Assembly (NCBI GenBank): GCA_009694125.1
Contig: SHVT01000002.1
Location: 1-60,799, forward strand
Source of the DNA: Rhodospirillaceae bacterium
GTDB taxonomy: Bacteria > Pseudomonadota > Alphaproteobacteria > CACIAM-22H2
Direction of reading: 5' to 3'
Length of the DNA stretch: 60,799 nucleotides
The position numbers and the translations under genes were made by a program. Below the pieces are notes generated by a model, which was not told where the DNA came from, did not search any database, and was given only the letters and a program-made list of their open reading frames with translations. Shown here in pieces: positions 42,327 to 52,256 of this stretch. Position 1 is the stretch's first letter; every line of letters begins with the position of its first letter.

Positions 42327-43882
42327 CCCTGCATCGGCGTCGCCAGGTTGTCGAATTTGGTGAAGGTACCGTCGAACAACAGCTTCACCGCGCCAATCGG
42401 ACCATGGCGCTGTTTGGCGATGATCACTTCGGCGATGTTGCGGATTCTCTCGCCGCGCTCCGCCCATTTTTCAATGCGGTCGTTGAAGCGATCGTCGTTT
42501 TCGTCGGGCCGGCGCGTCGGCTCGGTTCGTTCGTGATAATATTGTTCGCGATACACGAACATCACGACATCGGCGTCTTGCTCAATGGTGCCCGATTCAC
42601 GCAAATCGGCGAGCTGCGGCCGTTTGTCTTCGCGTTGCTCGACCGCGCGCGAAAGTTGGGAAAGGGCGACGACCGGGAGGTGGAGTTCCTTGGCCAACGC
42701 CTTTAGTCCGCGCGTGATGTCGGACACTTCCTGGACTCGGTTTTCAGGCTTTGAACCGTGCGACGGTCGCAGGAGCTGCAAGTAGTCGATGACGATCAAA
42801 CCGAGACCACGTTGGCGCTTTAGACGCCGCGCACGCGTGCGCACCGCGGAAATCGTCAAGGCCGGTGTGTCATCGATATAGAGCGGAATTCGCGCCAATT
42901 GCTGGCTGGCTTCGATGAATCGCGGGAAGTCTTCCTTGCGGACTTCCCCGCGGCGTATCTTGTCGGATGGAACCTGGGTTTCCTCGGCCAGAAGTCGGGT
43001 GGCGAGTTGCTCGGCCGACATTTCCAGTGAAAAGAAGGCGACCTTGGCGCCGTCGACGACCTTGATGCCACCGGCGCCATCGGGTGTCTCCCGGTAGGCG
43101 CAGGCAGCCTTGAAGGCGATCTTTGTCGCCAGGGCGGTCTTGCCCATCGATGGCCGTCCGGCCAGGACGATCAGATCGGAAGGATGCAGACCGCCAAGCT
43201 TCTTGTCGAGATCGACCAGTCCTGTGGAGACCCCGGTGACGTGGCTATCGCGCTTGTAGGCGGCCTCGGCGATGGTAATGGCAGCCGCGAGTGCCCGAGA
43301 AAAATCCTGGAAGCCGCCTTCGAATTGTCCGGTGGAGGCGAGATCGTAGAGCAGTTGTTCGGCCATTTCGATCTGATCGATCGCGCGGCTGTCTGAATCC
43401 GGCGCGTAGGCCCGGTTGACAAGGTCCTCGCCCAGCGCGATCAGTTCGCGGCGCAGGTAGAGATCGTGGACCAGCCGGCCGTAATTCTCGGTGTTGATGA
43501 TGCTGGGAACCGCGGCGGCCAGCCGAGCGAGATATTGCAGGCCGCCGATCGCGTTGAGCGCGCCATCCTGATCGAGATAGGTCTTGAGCGTGATCGGGTT
43601 TGCGATCTGGCCGCGATCGATGATGCGGGCGATCGCTTCGAACACGCGCCGATGGGCATCGTCGGCGAAATGCTCGGGGCGCAGAAATTCAGCGACCTTC
43701 TCGAACGCGCGATTGTTGGAAAGGATGGCCCCGAGAAGAGCCATCTCCGCCTCGGCGTTGTGGGGAGGAAGGCGTTCGGTCGTTACGTCGTCGTTGCGAC
43801 GGGCGACGGAAAGAATCACGCTTTTTGAGGCTGTCTCCATAACTCGAACATTAGCAGGGTCGCTCCCGCGGCGATGTGACAA
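42323..43882 (-). CDS. dnaB: Replicative DNA helicase DnaB
   Basis: PPHNAEAEMALLGAIL, Walker A GRPSMGKT, IVIDYLQL and SQLSRAVEQRE. An alternative ATG lies at 43840. Confidence 0.93.
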   Translation of the reverse strand: MSHRRGSDPANVRVMETASKSVILSVARRNDDVTTERLPPHNAEAEMALLGAILSNNRAFEKVAEFLRPEHFADDAHRRVFEAIARIIDRGQIANPITLKTYLDQDGALNAIGGLQYLARLAAAVPSIINTENYGRLVHDLYLRRELIALGEDLVNRAYAPDSDSRAIDQIEMAEQLLYDLASTGQFEGGFQDFSRALAAAITIAEAAYKRDSHVTGVSTGLVDLDKKLGGLHPSDLIVLAGRPSMGKTALATKIAFKAACAYRETPDGAGGIKVVDGAKVAFFSLEMSAEQLATRLLAEETQVPSDKIRRGEVRKEDFPRFIEASQQLARIPLYIDDTPALTISAVRTRARRLKRQRGLGLIVIDYLQLLRPSHGSKPENRVQEVSDITRGLKALAKELHLPVVALSQLSRAVEQREDKRPQLADLRESGTIEQDADVVMFVYREQYYHERTEPTRRPDENDDRFNDRIEKWAERGERIRNIAEVIIAKQRHGPIGAVKLLFDGTFTKFDNLATPMQG

Positions 43883-44367
43883 GCTATCGGTGCATAGAGT
43901 GAAACATGGGGATAGTTCACGTTTGCGGACGTGAAATAGGCGCAGGAATACTGACGGTCGGCGTCAAGGAACAGGTGGTAGAGCCTGCCGGACAGGTCGT
44001 AGTGGTGCGCGGCGTTCGCACGGGCCCTCGCGGCGGGATTGTATTGCTGGAATACCCGGAACGCATGATCGAAGCCACGGTAAAACCGCATGGCCCAGGG
44101 CGCACGCACCGTCGCGAGATTGGACATGATGAGATCGACGAAATCGTAGAGGCTGCCCTCCTCAACCGTGAGATGTCCGTCCATATAGGCCTCGCCCATA
44201 CGGAGTTCGGGGTCGAAGAACAGGTCACGATGCAGTCGTGATTGGTGTAGCCGAATGACGATGGTTGGCCCGGTGCCGTCGCCGAAACTACGAGCACTGC
44301 CATCGGCGCCGATGACGGTCAGCTGCCCTTTTTGGACGACCTTGCGCAACAGACGGGCGAACAGCAT
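43816..44367 (-). pseudogene. cfa: Cyclopropane-fatty-acyl-phospholipid synthase remnant (N-terminal region only)
   Basis: Reads MLFARLLRKVV...GEAYMDGHLTVEEGSLYDF...AHHYDLSGRLYHLFLDADRQYSCAYF, then 38 unrelated codons running into the dnaB 5' end. The whole SAM-methyltransferase domain (expected VLDIGCGWG...) is missing. Homology ends near 43933. Confidence 0.7.
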
Positions 44368-44461
44368 CTCCGCTACCGGTTCGCAATCCGATCGGCGCCT
44401 ATTGGGCCGCAGCCCACAGGCACCCCCGACACCTAACAATACTAGAAAAGGTGTCGGCGAA

Positions 44462-44500
44462 TTGCAAAAATCCGGAAGCGCCGGCCCCGCCCCGGCTCGC
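44462..44500 (-). terminator. Possible terminator downstream of rplI
   Basis: The minus strand reads GAGCCGG-GGCGGGG-CCGGCGCTTCCGGATTTTTG, a GC stem(s) followed by a T5 run. The geometry is not canonical. Confidence 0.3.
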
Positions 44501-44503
44501 GCC

Positions 44504-45037
44504 TTATTCGGGGGAAGCCTCCGTCGGCGGGACTTCGGCCGAAGATGCCGGTGTGGCGGCGATTTCGCTGGCGGAGCGGCGTTCCGCCTCCTCTTGCGAT
44601 TGGGCGATCGTCGCGTTCACCGTGACGATGACTTCCGGATGCAGCGCGACGCGCACCTTGTGCAGGCCAATGGTCTTGATCGGTTGGTCGATCAGAACCT
44701 GCTTGCGATCGATCGTGAAGCCGCCCGCGGTCACGGCATCGGCGATGTCGCGGCCGGAAACGGAGCCATAGAGCTGGCCGCTTTCGCCGGCCTGCCGAAT
44801 CAGCGCGAAGTTGAGGCCGTTGAGTTTTCCGGCAACGGCTTCGGCATCCTGCCGCCGCCTAAGGTTCATGGCCTCAAGCTGTGCCCGCTGCTTTTCGAAA
44901 TGGGTCTTGTTCTCGGCGGTGGCCCGCATCGCTTTTTTCTGCGGCAGCAGATAGTTGCGTGCGTAGCCGGGCTTGACCTTGACCACATCGCCCATCTGGC
45001 CAAGTTTTTCAACGCGTTCGAGCAGGATTACATCCAT
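44504..45037 (-). CDS. rplI: 50S ribosomal protein L9
   Basis: [36 protein letters not shown]. Confidence 0.95.
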   Translation of the reverse strand: MDVILLERVEKLGQMGDVVKVKPGYARNYLLPQKKAMRATAENKTHFEKQRAQLEAMNLRRRQDAEAVAGKLNGLNFALIRQAGESGQLYGSVSGRDIADAVTAGGFTIDRKQVLIDQPIKTIGLHKVRVALHPEVIVTVNATIAQSQEEAERRSASEIAATPASSAEVPPTEASPE

Positions 45038-45062
45038 CGCACTTACCTCGCCGTGCCCGAGC

Positions 45063-45317
45063 CTATTGGAGAAGGTAGGGCAGTAGGCCCAAAAAACGCG
45101 CGCGTTTGATAGCGGTCGTCAATTCGCGCTGTTTCTTGGCCGAAACTGCCGTGATGCGGCTGGGAACGATCTTGCCGCGTTCGGAGATGAACCGCTGTAG
45201 CAGTTTCACGTCCTTGTAATCGATCTTCGGCGCGTTTGTGCCGGAAAACGGGCAGGATTTGCGCCGCCGGAAAAACGGGCGGCGTGCGCCAGTACGGGGA
45301 GGGCCGCCATTGTTCAT
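45063..45317 (-). CDS. rpsR: 30S ribosomal protein S18
   Basis: [50 protein letters not shown]. The ATG overlaps the rpsF stop. Confidence 0.95.
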   Translation of the reverse strand: MNNGGPPRTGARRPFFRRRKSCPFSGTNAPKIDYKDVKLLQRFISERGKIVPSRITAVSAKKQRELTTAIKRARFLGLLPYLLQ

Positions 45318-45784
45318 GATACATCTCCCTTTTCGGCCGCCATACCGGCCTCGACGCGATTCTCGCCGCTTTCCGAGTCGCGCCGCCGCGGCCGATCTTC
45401 ACGATGCCCGCGGTCGTCGCGAAAGCCGCGATCGTCCCGTGGTCCCCGGTCGTCGCGGCTGCCTTTGCTTTGCATCATCGCTGAAGGGCCTTCTTCGAGC
45501 GTTTCGACCCGTACGGTCAAATAGCGCAGCACGTCTTCGTTGATGCGCATGTTGCGCTCCATCTCGAGGACCGCCGCCGACGGCGCATCGAGATTGAGAA
45601 GAACATAGTGGCCCTTGCGGTTTTTGCGGATTCTGTAGGTCAGGGTCCGTAGCCCCCAATATTCCTTTTTCTTCACGCTGCCGCCATTGGCGGCAATGAT
45701 CGCGGAGAACGCTTCGGCCAGGGCATCGACCTGGGTCGCCGAAACGTCCTGACGCGCGATAAACACGTTCTCGTAGAACGCCAT
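45314..45784 (-). CDS. rpsF: 30S ribosomal protein S6
   Basis: [19 protein letters not shown]...[10 protein letters not shown]...RYLT, then an R/D-rich tail. An AAGGAG Shine-Dalgarno lies at 45790-45795 (complement). Confidence 0.95.
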   Translation of the reverse strand: MAFYENVFIARQDVSATQVDALAEAFSAIIAANGGSVKKKEYWGLRTLTYRIRKNRKGHYVLLNLDAPSAAVLEMERNMRINEDVLRYLTVRVETLEEGPSAMMQSKGSRDDRGPRDDRGFRDDRGHREDRPRRRDSESGENRVEAGMAAEKGDVS

Positions 45785-45870
45785 GAATGCTCCTTATGGC
45801 TGTTTGCGGATCGGCGCTTGATCGACAATCGATCATAGCCGCCCGACCCTAGCCGGCAATGCCGGCAAGG
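45785..45870 (-). promoter_or_regulatory. Structured rpsF 5' leader (two perfect hairpins)
   Basis: GCCGGC-AAT-GCCGGC at 45852-45866 and GATCGA-CAA-TCGATC at 45820-45834, upstream of the Shine-Dalgarno. Confidence 0.3.
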
Positions 45871-45990
45871 AGGCGAAAGAACCGGCGACTATACACAAAC
45901 CCGCGCCTACCGCAAGCGGCCCAATCGGGCGAAGCCCAACCGAATCCCCAATGGGACGACGAGGCCCAATCCGACTGTTTTGGCTCGGGC

Positions 45991-46018
45991 TTGACACCCC
46001 TGACATCGCCGCTATCAC
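45991..46018 (+). promoter_or_regulatory. Sigma-70-like promoter abutting the fabD start
   Basis: TTGACA (45991-45996), a 16-nt spacer, then TATCAC (46013-46018). The fabD ATG is at 46029 with no Shine-Dalgarno between. Confidence 0.3.
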
Positions 46019-46028
46019 TGGGCGCCTC

Positions 46029-46970
46029 ATGAAGCGCGCCTTAATCTTTCCCGGGCAGGGTTCCCAGGCGGTTGGAATGGGCCGCGAACTTGCTGCGGCC
46101 TATCCCTCCGCACGCGAGGTCTTCGAAGAAGTCGATGAGGCGCTCAAACAAAAGCTCTCTCGCCTGATCTTCGAGGGTCCGGAAGCGGAGCTCCTTCTCA
46201 CCGAGAATGCTCAGCCGGCGTTGATGGCCGTAAGCATGGCCGCGATCCGGGCGCTGGAGCGTGAGGTTGGCTTCGATATTCAGGGCGGGGCTGTCCTGGC
46301 GGCGGGACATTCGCTGGGGGAGTATTCCGCACTCTGCGCGACACGCGCTTTCTCGATCGCCGACGCGGCGCGGCTTTTGCGCCGGCGCGGGCTCGCGATG
46401 CAGGAGGCCGTTCCCGTCGGCCAAGGGGCGATGGCTGCCCTTCTCGGGCTCGACCTTGCTGCGGCCAACGCGGTCGCGGCGGATGCGGCGCAGGGCGAGA
46501 TTTGCTCTGCGGCCAACGACAATGCGCCCGGGCAAGTCGTCGTCAGCGGGCATCGTTCGGCGGTGGAGCGGGCGGTGAAACTCGCGGCCGAGCGCGGCGC
46601 TCGCCGTAGCGTCATTCTCGCCGTCAGCGCGCCTTTTCATTGCGCCTTGATGATGCCGGCGGCGGAGGTGATGGCCAAGGCATTGAACGCCGGTGTCGTC
46701 GGTTCGCCGATTCTACCGGTCGTCAGCAATGTCACCGCCACGGCGGTCGCCGATCCCGAAACCATACGTCGGCTGCTCGTGGAGCAAGTGACGTCGATGG
46801 TTCGCTGGCGGGAAAGCATCGTGTTCATGAAGGGGCAGGGCGTTGACACGCTGATCGAAGTTGGCGCCGGACGAGTGTTGAGCGGGCTCGCGCGGCGGAT
46901 CGATCCGGAGTTGGCCACGGTCTCCATTCAATCGCCGGCCGATCTTGACGCTTTTGCCAAGACTTTGTGA
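46029..46970 (+). CDS. fabD: Malonyl-CoA:ACP transacylase
   Basis: MKRALIFPGQGSQAVGMG, GHSLGEYSAL (active-site Ser) and VSAPFHC. Confidence 0.93.
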   Translation: MKRALIFPGQGSQAVGMGRELAAAYPSAREVFEEVDEALKQKLSRLIFEGPEAELLLTENAQPALMAVSMAAIRALEREVGFDIQGGAVLAAGHSLGEYSALCATRAFSIADAARLLRRRGLAMQEAVPVGQGAMAALLGLDLAAANAVAADAAQGEICSAANDNAPGQVVVSGHRSAVERAVKLAAERGARRSVILAVSAPFHCALMMPAAEVMAKALNAGVVGSPILPVVSNVTATAVADPETIRRLLVEQVTSMVRWRESIVFMKGQGVDTLIEVGAGRVLSGLARRIDPELATVSIQSPADLDAFAKTL

Positions 46971-46980
46971 GCGGGGATCA

Positions 46981-47718
46981 ATGTTCGACCTCAAGGACAA
47001 ATCGGCCCTTGTCACCGGCGCGTCGGGCGGCATCGGCGCCGCGATCGCCCAGGCGCTTCACTCTCGCGGCGCCACGGTCGCCCTTTCCGGGACCCGCGTC
47101 GAGGCGCTTGAATCGCTGCGGGCGACGCTTGGCGAGCGCGCCATTGTTGTCGCCGCCGATCTTGGCGATCCGGCCGCCGCCGACAAGCTGATCCAAGAGG
47201 CCGAAGCCGGACTCGGCAAGCTCGACATCCTGGTCAACAATGCAGGTCTCACCCGCGACGGCTTGGCCGTGCGGATGAAAGACGAGGACTGGCAGCGGGT
47301 CATCGACGTCGACCTGACCGCCGGGTTTCGTTTGGCGCGCGGCGCGCTGCGCGGGATGATGAAACGGCGCTGGGGACGAATCGTCGGCATTGCCTCGGTG
47401 GTCGGGGTGACCGGCAATTTCGGCCAGGCCAATTACGCGGCGGCGAAGGCGGGAATGATTGGAATGTCGAAATCGCTGGCGGCGGAAGTGGCCTCGCGCG
47501 GTATTACAGTCAATTGTGTCGCGCCGGGTTTTATCACTACCGCGATGACCGAGAAGTTGAACCAAGAGCAGAAAAACCGACTCCTCGGGGCCATTCCCGC
47601 AGCGCGGTTTGGAACGCCGGCCGATGTTGCCGCGAGCGTCGTTTTTCTGGCCAGCGACGAGGCGGCCTATGTCACCGGTCAGACCTTGCACGTCAATGGC
47701 GGAATGGCAATGATATGA
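46981..47718 (+). CDS. fabG: 3-oxoacyl-ACP reductase
   Basis: ALVTGASGGIG, NNAG, NYAAAKAG, and the HVNGGMAMI C-terminus. Located between fabD and acpP. Confidence 0.93.
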   Translation: MFDLKDKSALVTGASGGIGAAIAQALHSRGATVALSGTRVEALESLRATLGERAIVVAADLGDPAAADKLIQEAEAGLGKLDILVNNAGLTRDGLAVRMKDEDWQRVIDVDLTAGFRLARGALRGMMKRRWGRIVGIASVVGVTGNFGQANYAAAKAGMIGMSKSLAAEVASRGITVNCVAPGFITTAMTEKLNQEQKNRLLGAIPAARFGTPADVAASVVFLASDEAAYVTGQTLHVNGGMAMI

Positions 47719-47889
47719 GCGCGAAATTTTCCGTCGACGGCGGCGCTGGCCTGTCTCGCGGAACTGTGATAAACGGCGGCTCCATGGACTTGCGGCACTT
47801 CCGCGCGCCGCCTCGCGGTTAGTGAAGTCGTCGCTCCTCGACCGGCGGAATCGTTCGATGATTCATTAAGTTAAGCAGGGGTATCGGAA

Positions 47890-48123
47890 ATGAGCGATGT
47901 TGCCGAGCGCGTAAAGAAGATTGTCGTGGAGCATCTTGGGGTTGACACTGGCAAGGTCACCGAGAACGCGAGCTTCGTCGACGATCTCGGCGCCGACAGC
48001 CTTGATACGGTCGAATTGGTCATGGCGTTCGAAGAGGAATTCGGTTGTGAAATTCCCGACGATGCTGCCGAAAAGATTACGACTGTCAAGGACGCCATCG
48101 CCTTCATCGAGAAGAAATCCTAG
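47890..48123 (+). CDS. acpP: Acyl carrier protein
   Basis: 77 aa with [20 protein letters not shown] (phosphopantetheine Ser). Confidence 0.96.
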   Translation: MSDVAERVKKIVVEHLGVDTGKVTENASFVDDLGADSLDTVELVMAFEEEFGCEIPDDAAEKITTVKDAIAFIEKKS

Positions 48124-48192
48124 AGCGGGGCCGATGGCGAACCGGTCGGCCGGATCGGGATCCACATCAATCGACTCTCTCGTCCCTAATCC

Positions 48193-49452
48193 ATGAAGCG
48201 TGTCGTCGTTACCGGCATAGGTTTGGTGACACCGCTCGCCTGCGGTGCGACCGAAACCTGGCGCCGGCTCATCGCGGGCGAATCGGGTATACGGGTTATT
48301 CAATCCTTCGACGTGTCCGATCTGCCGGCAAAGATCGCCGGGCAGGTGCCGCGCGGCGTTGCGCCCAATCTCTTCAATCCCGATGATTGGGTGCCGCCAA
48401 AGGACCAGCGCAAGATCGACGATTTTATCCTCTTCGCGATTACCGCGGCCGTTCAAGCGATCGAAGATTCCGGCTGGAAGCCACAAGCCGAGGAAGACCG
48501 GGAACGAACCGGCGTCATGATCGGGTCGGGTATTGGCGGGTTGTCAAGCATCTTCGAAGCTTCGATTACGCTCCACGAAAAAGGCCCCCGACGCATCAGC
48601 CCGTTCTTCATCCCGTCGAGCCTGATCAATCTTGCCTCGGGGCAGGTTTCCATTCGATACGGCTTCAAGGGCCCGAACCACGCCGTCGTCACCGCCTGTT
48701 CGACCGGCGCCCATGCCATCGGCGACGCCGCGCGGATGATCCAGTTCGACGACGCCGACGTGATGGTCGCAGGCGGTACCGAGGCGGCGGTTTGCCGCAT
48801 TGGTATGGCGGGCTTCGCGGCGGCTAGGGCTTTGTCTACGAATTTCAACGACACACCGGAAAGGGCCTCACGGCCTTGGGACAAGGACCGCGACGGTTTC
48901 GTGATGGGTGAAGGCTCCGGCATCGTCGTTCTCGAGGAACTGGACCATGCCCGCCGCCGCGGCGCGAAGATTTACGGCGAGATCGTCGGTTATGGGATGT
49001 CCGGCGATGCTCACCACATCACCGCACCGGCCGAGGACGGCAACGGCGGGTTTCGGTCGATGCGCGGCGCCCTGAAGCGCGCGCAGCTCAACCCCGACGA
49101 TATCGACTATATCAACGCGCACGGTACCTCGACGCCTCTGGGGGACGAAATCGAACTTGGAGCCGTGAAACGCCTTTTCGGGCAACACGCTTACAAACTG
49201 TCGATGTCCTCGACGAAATCGGCGATCGGCCATTTGCTGGGCGCGGCTGGCAGCGTGGAGGCGATTTTCTCGTTGTTGGCCATCACCGAGGGCGTGGTGC
49301 CGCCAACACTCAATCTTGAGAATCCCTCGGCTAGCTGCGACATCGATTTGGTGGCGAAGGTCGCCAAGCAGCGCAAAGTGCGTTATGCCTTGTCGAACTC
49401 CTTCGGGTTCGGCGGCACCAACGCCTCGCTTGTTCTGGGGCCGCCGCCCTGA
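48193..49452 (+). CDS. fabF: 3-oxoacyl-ACP synthase II
   Basis: MKRVVVTGIGLVTPL, ACSTGAHAIGDA (active Cys), NAHGTSTPLGD and SNSFGFGGTNASLV. Confidence 0.94.
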   Translation: MKRVVVTGIGLVTPLACGATETWRRLIAGESGIRVIQSFDVSDLPAKIAGQVPRGVAPNLFNPDDWVPPKDQRKIDDFILFAITAAVQAIEDSGWKPQAEEDRERTGVMIGSGIGGLSSIFEASITLHEKGPRRISPFFIPSSLINLASGQVSIRYGFKGPNHAVVTACSTGAHAIGDAARMIQFDDADVMVAGGTEAAVCRIGMAGFAAARALSTNFNDTPERASRPWDKDRDGFVMGEGSGIVVLEELDHARRRGAKIYGEIVGYGMSGDAHHITAPAEDGNGGFRSMRGALKRAQLNPDDIDYINAHGTSTPLGDEIELGAVKRLFGQHAYKLSMSSTKSAIGHLLGAAGSVEAIFSLLAITEGVVPPTLNLENPSASCDIDLVAKVAKQRKVRYALSNSFGFGGTNASLVLGPPP

Positions 49453-49488
49453 GGGCGCGGATCGCCAAGGAGGCATTTCCGTAACGCC

Positions 49489-50520
49489 GTGCCCCGTGTC
49501 CTTCGCCCCCTCCTTTTCGCCGCAGCGGGCGCAAGCCTCGTCATCGTCGGTCTCGCCTGGGGTATCGCGCGCCTCTATGCGCCAGGACCAACGGAATCAA
49601 CGCAGACAGTGATATTGCCGCGCGGGGCCGGCGCGGCGCGAATCGCCAACCTGCTTGAAGATGCCGGGATCATCGATGAACCATGGCTGTTTCTTGCGGT
49701 CGCCCATTTTCTTGGCAATGCTCGGCGTTTGAAGGCCGGTGAATACGCCTTTCCCGAGCGAATCAGCGCCATGGCCGCGCTGGAGACCGTCGTCGCCGGC
49801 AACACGGTTGTCCGCCGCCTGACCGTGCCGGAGGGCCAAACCGTTGCACAGGTCCTTACGTTACTGGCGGCCACCGCCGGTCTCGACGAAGACACCGGAC
49901 CGCCGCCCGCGGAAGGCGAGTTGTTGCCCGAGACCTATCATTTCTCCTATGGCGATTCGCGCCGGCAAATCCTCGATCGCATGCGCCACGCAATGGCGGC
50001 GGCATTGGTTCAGCAGTGGGAAGGTCGTTCGCCCGGACTGCCGCTGGCGTCGCCCGCCGCCGCCGTCATCCTGGCGTCGATCGTCGAGAAAGAAACCGCT
50101 CGCGACGACGAACGTGCCCGCATCGCCGCCGTCTTCTACAACCGGATTCGCCGCAGCATGCGGCTTCAGTCGGATTCCACGGTCATCTATGGGCTGACCC
50201 GCGGCGAGGGCATTCTCAACCGTGCATTGACGCATGCCGATCTCGACACGCCGACGCCGTACAACACCTATCTGATCGCCGGATTGCCTCGCGGGCCGAT
50301 AGCCAATCCGGGGCTCGCCTCCCTGGCCGCCGTCATGAATCCGGCGGTGACGGACGAGTTGTATTTTGTGGCGGATGGCACGGGCGGCCACGCCTTCGCG
50401 CGCACATTGGCCGAACACAATCGAAACGTTGCACGCTGGCAGCAACTGAACCGCAACACGGCGCCGCCTCCCGGCGGCGTCAGCCCTTCCGGGGCAGGAT
50501 CCGTACCAGCGGGTCGGTGA
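49489..50520 (+). CDS. mltG: Endolytic murein transglycosylase MltG (YceG-like)
   Basis: N-terminal TM, LASIVEKE, and NTYLIAGLPRGPIANPG. GTG start. Located after fabF as in many proteobacteria. Confidence 0.88.
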   Translation: MPRVLRPLLFAAAGASLVIVGLAWGIARLYAPGPTESTQTVILPRGAGAARIANLLEDAGIIDEPWLFLAVAHFLGNARRLKAGEYAFPERISAMAALETVVAGNTVVRRLTVPEGQTVAQVLTLLAATAGLDEDTGPPPAEGELLPETYHFSYGDSRRQILDRMRHAMAAALVQQWEGRSPGLPLASPAAAVILASIVEKETARDDERARIAAVFYNRIRRSMRLQSDSTVIYGLTRGEGILNRALTHADLDTPTPYNTYLIAGLPRGPIANPGLASLAAVMNPAVTDELYFVADGTGGHAFARTLAEHNRNVARWQQLNRNTAPPPGGVSPSGAGSVPAGR

Positions 50521-51241
50521 CCGAAGGCGGCAATGCCGCCAGGAGCAACGCAGCGGCATACATCGGCCAGGGAAAAGCAATCCTCGATCGGTTACGCGCG
50601 AGCCCGCTCTGGATTGCCCGAGCGGCACGGTCGACTTCGACGATAAAGGGCATGGGGAAACGATTGACTGCGGTCATGGGCGTCGCAACGAAGCCAGGGC
50701 AGATGACACAAACGCCGATTCCGTCGGCTGCGAGCCAGCCGCGCCAGGCCTCGCCGAGGACACGGACCGCCGCCTTGCTGGCGCTGTAACTTGGCGAGCC
50801 CGGGAAGCCACGAAATCCGGCGAGCGAACTCATGACCGCAATCTGCCCCGCGCGGCGGCGGCGCATCGCGGCGATGGCGGGCAAAGCGGTGTTGATGACC
50901 CCGTCGACATTCGTCGCCAGGATACGACGGGCTTGGTCGCTGCTCTCCTCGCCGCCGCCGGTCCCCGCCGAGACGCCGGCATTGGCAATGACAAGGTCAA
51001 GCGGCCGATAACCGTCGGCTCGCTCAACCCAAGCCTTGGTTGCGGCGGAATCGGCGACGTCGACGGACTCCGGTGCCACGTCGGCCCCTTGGCCGCGGCA
51101 TTCCTCGGCAATCCGATCCAGCCGTTTCCAATCGCGCCCTCCAAGCGCCAGGCTGGCCCCCGGCCGAGCATAAAGACGGGCGAGGGCCGCTCCAATACCG
51201 CTGCTGGCGCCGGTGATGAGGATCGATTGGGGGTTCTTCAT
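50480..51241 (-). CDS. SDR-family oxidoreductase
   Basis: ILITGASSGIGAALA, NAG and YSASKAAV. I trimmed to the ATG at 51241. It overlaps the mltG 3' end by 41 nt. Confidence 0.8.
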   Translation of the reverse strand: MKNPQSILITGASSGIGAALARLYARPGASLALGGRDWKRLDRIAEECRGQGADVAPESVDVADSAATKAWVERADGYRPLDLVIANAGVSAGTGGGEESSDQARRILATNVDGVINTALPAIAAMRRRRAGQIAVMSSLAGFRGFPGSPSYSASKAAVRVLGEAWRGWLAADGIGVCVICPGFVATPMTAVNRFPMPFIVEVDRAARAIQSGLARNRSRIAFPWPMYAAALLLAALPPSVTDPLVRILPRKG

Positions 51242-51338
51242 GCCCCTTGCCCAGGGTTGGTTGTGGCTATCAGCATCCATGAATATAGTGGGCGTAACAT
51301 CAAGGAACCACAAGGAGTAGGGTCCGTTGGTCGCGAGC

Positions 51339-52211
51339 ATGACAGGTTTTGCACGAGCCACCGGGGGGGGCAGCGGTGTCACCTGGACTTGGGAGGCACG
51401 CAGCGTCAATGGCCGCGGCCTTGAAGTGCGCTGTCGATTGCCCGCCGGGCTTGAAAGCCTTGAGGACGTCGCGCGGACCCGTGCCGGCGGGCGGTTCGGC
51501 CGCGGGAACATATCCCTTACCTTGACCGTGGTTCGTTCCGGCGGCGGCACGCGTCTGCGGATCAATCAGGCGGTACTCGATCAACTCCTGCGCCTCGTCG
51601 CCGAACTCGACGGGCGCGTCAAGGCAGCACCAGCGAGGCTCGACGGGCTCCTCGCCATCCGCGGCGTGGTTGAGGCCGTGGAAGAAGAAGAAACACCGGA
51701 AGAGCGTGAGCGGCATGAGGCGATGATGGTCGAAACGCTCAATACCGCGCTTGGCGATCTCGATACCGCGCGACACGCCGAAGGCGCGCGCCTTTCACCG
51801 ATTCTGCTGGAACAACTCGATGAAATCGAACGCTTGGCGGTAGCGGCGTCGGCGACCGCCGCAACCCAGCCGGAGGCGATTCGCGCTCGGCTCAAGGCCC
51901 AGGTCGAGGCGCTTGTCGGCGCCGATCCCGCTTTGCCGGTCGATCGGCTCGCTCAGGAGGCAGCCGTGCTGGCGGCGAAAGTCGACGTGCGGGAGGAGCT
52001 TGATCGGCTCAAGGCACACACCGAAGCGGCTCACGCGCTGTTGCGGGAGAGCGGCCCCATCGGACGCCGCTTCGATTTCCTGTGCCAGGAGTTCAATCGC
52101 GAGGCGAATACACTGTGTTCGAAATCGGCCGATTCCGATCTCACGCGGATCGGTCTTGCCCTGAAGGCGACCATCGATCGCCTCCGGGAGCAGGTTCAAA
52201 ACATCGAATGA
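51339..52211 (+). CDS. yicC: YicC/YloC-family protein
   Basis: MTGFARA...WEARSVNGRGLEV... and a C-terminal GRRFDFLCQEFNREANTLCSKS motif. Confidence 0.88.
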   Translation: MTGFARATGGGSGVTWTWEARSVNGRGLEVRCRLPAGLESLEDVARTRAGGRFGRGNISLTLTVVRSGGGTRLRINQAVLDQLLRLVAELDGRVKAAPARLDGLLAIRGVVEAVEEEETPEERERHEAMMVETLNTALGDLDTARHAEGARLSPILLEQLDEIERLAVAASATAATQPEAIRARLKAQVEALVGADPALPVDRLAQEAAVLAAKVDVREELDRLKAHTEAAHALLRESGPIGRRFDFLCQEFNREANTLCSKSADSDLTRIGLALKATIDRLREQVQNIE

Positions 52212-52256
52212 CGGGCCGGTTTGGACATTGGAGGCGGGCTTTCCCGCTAAACGAAA

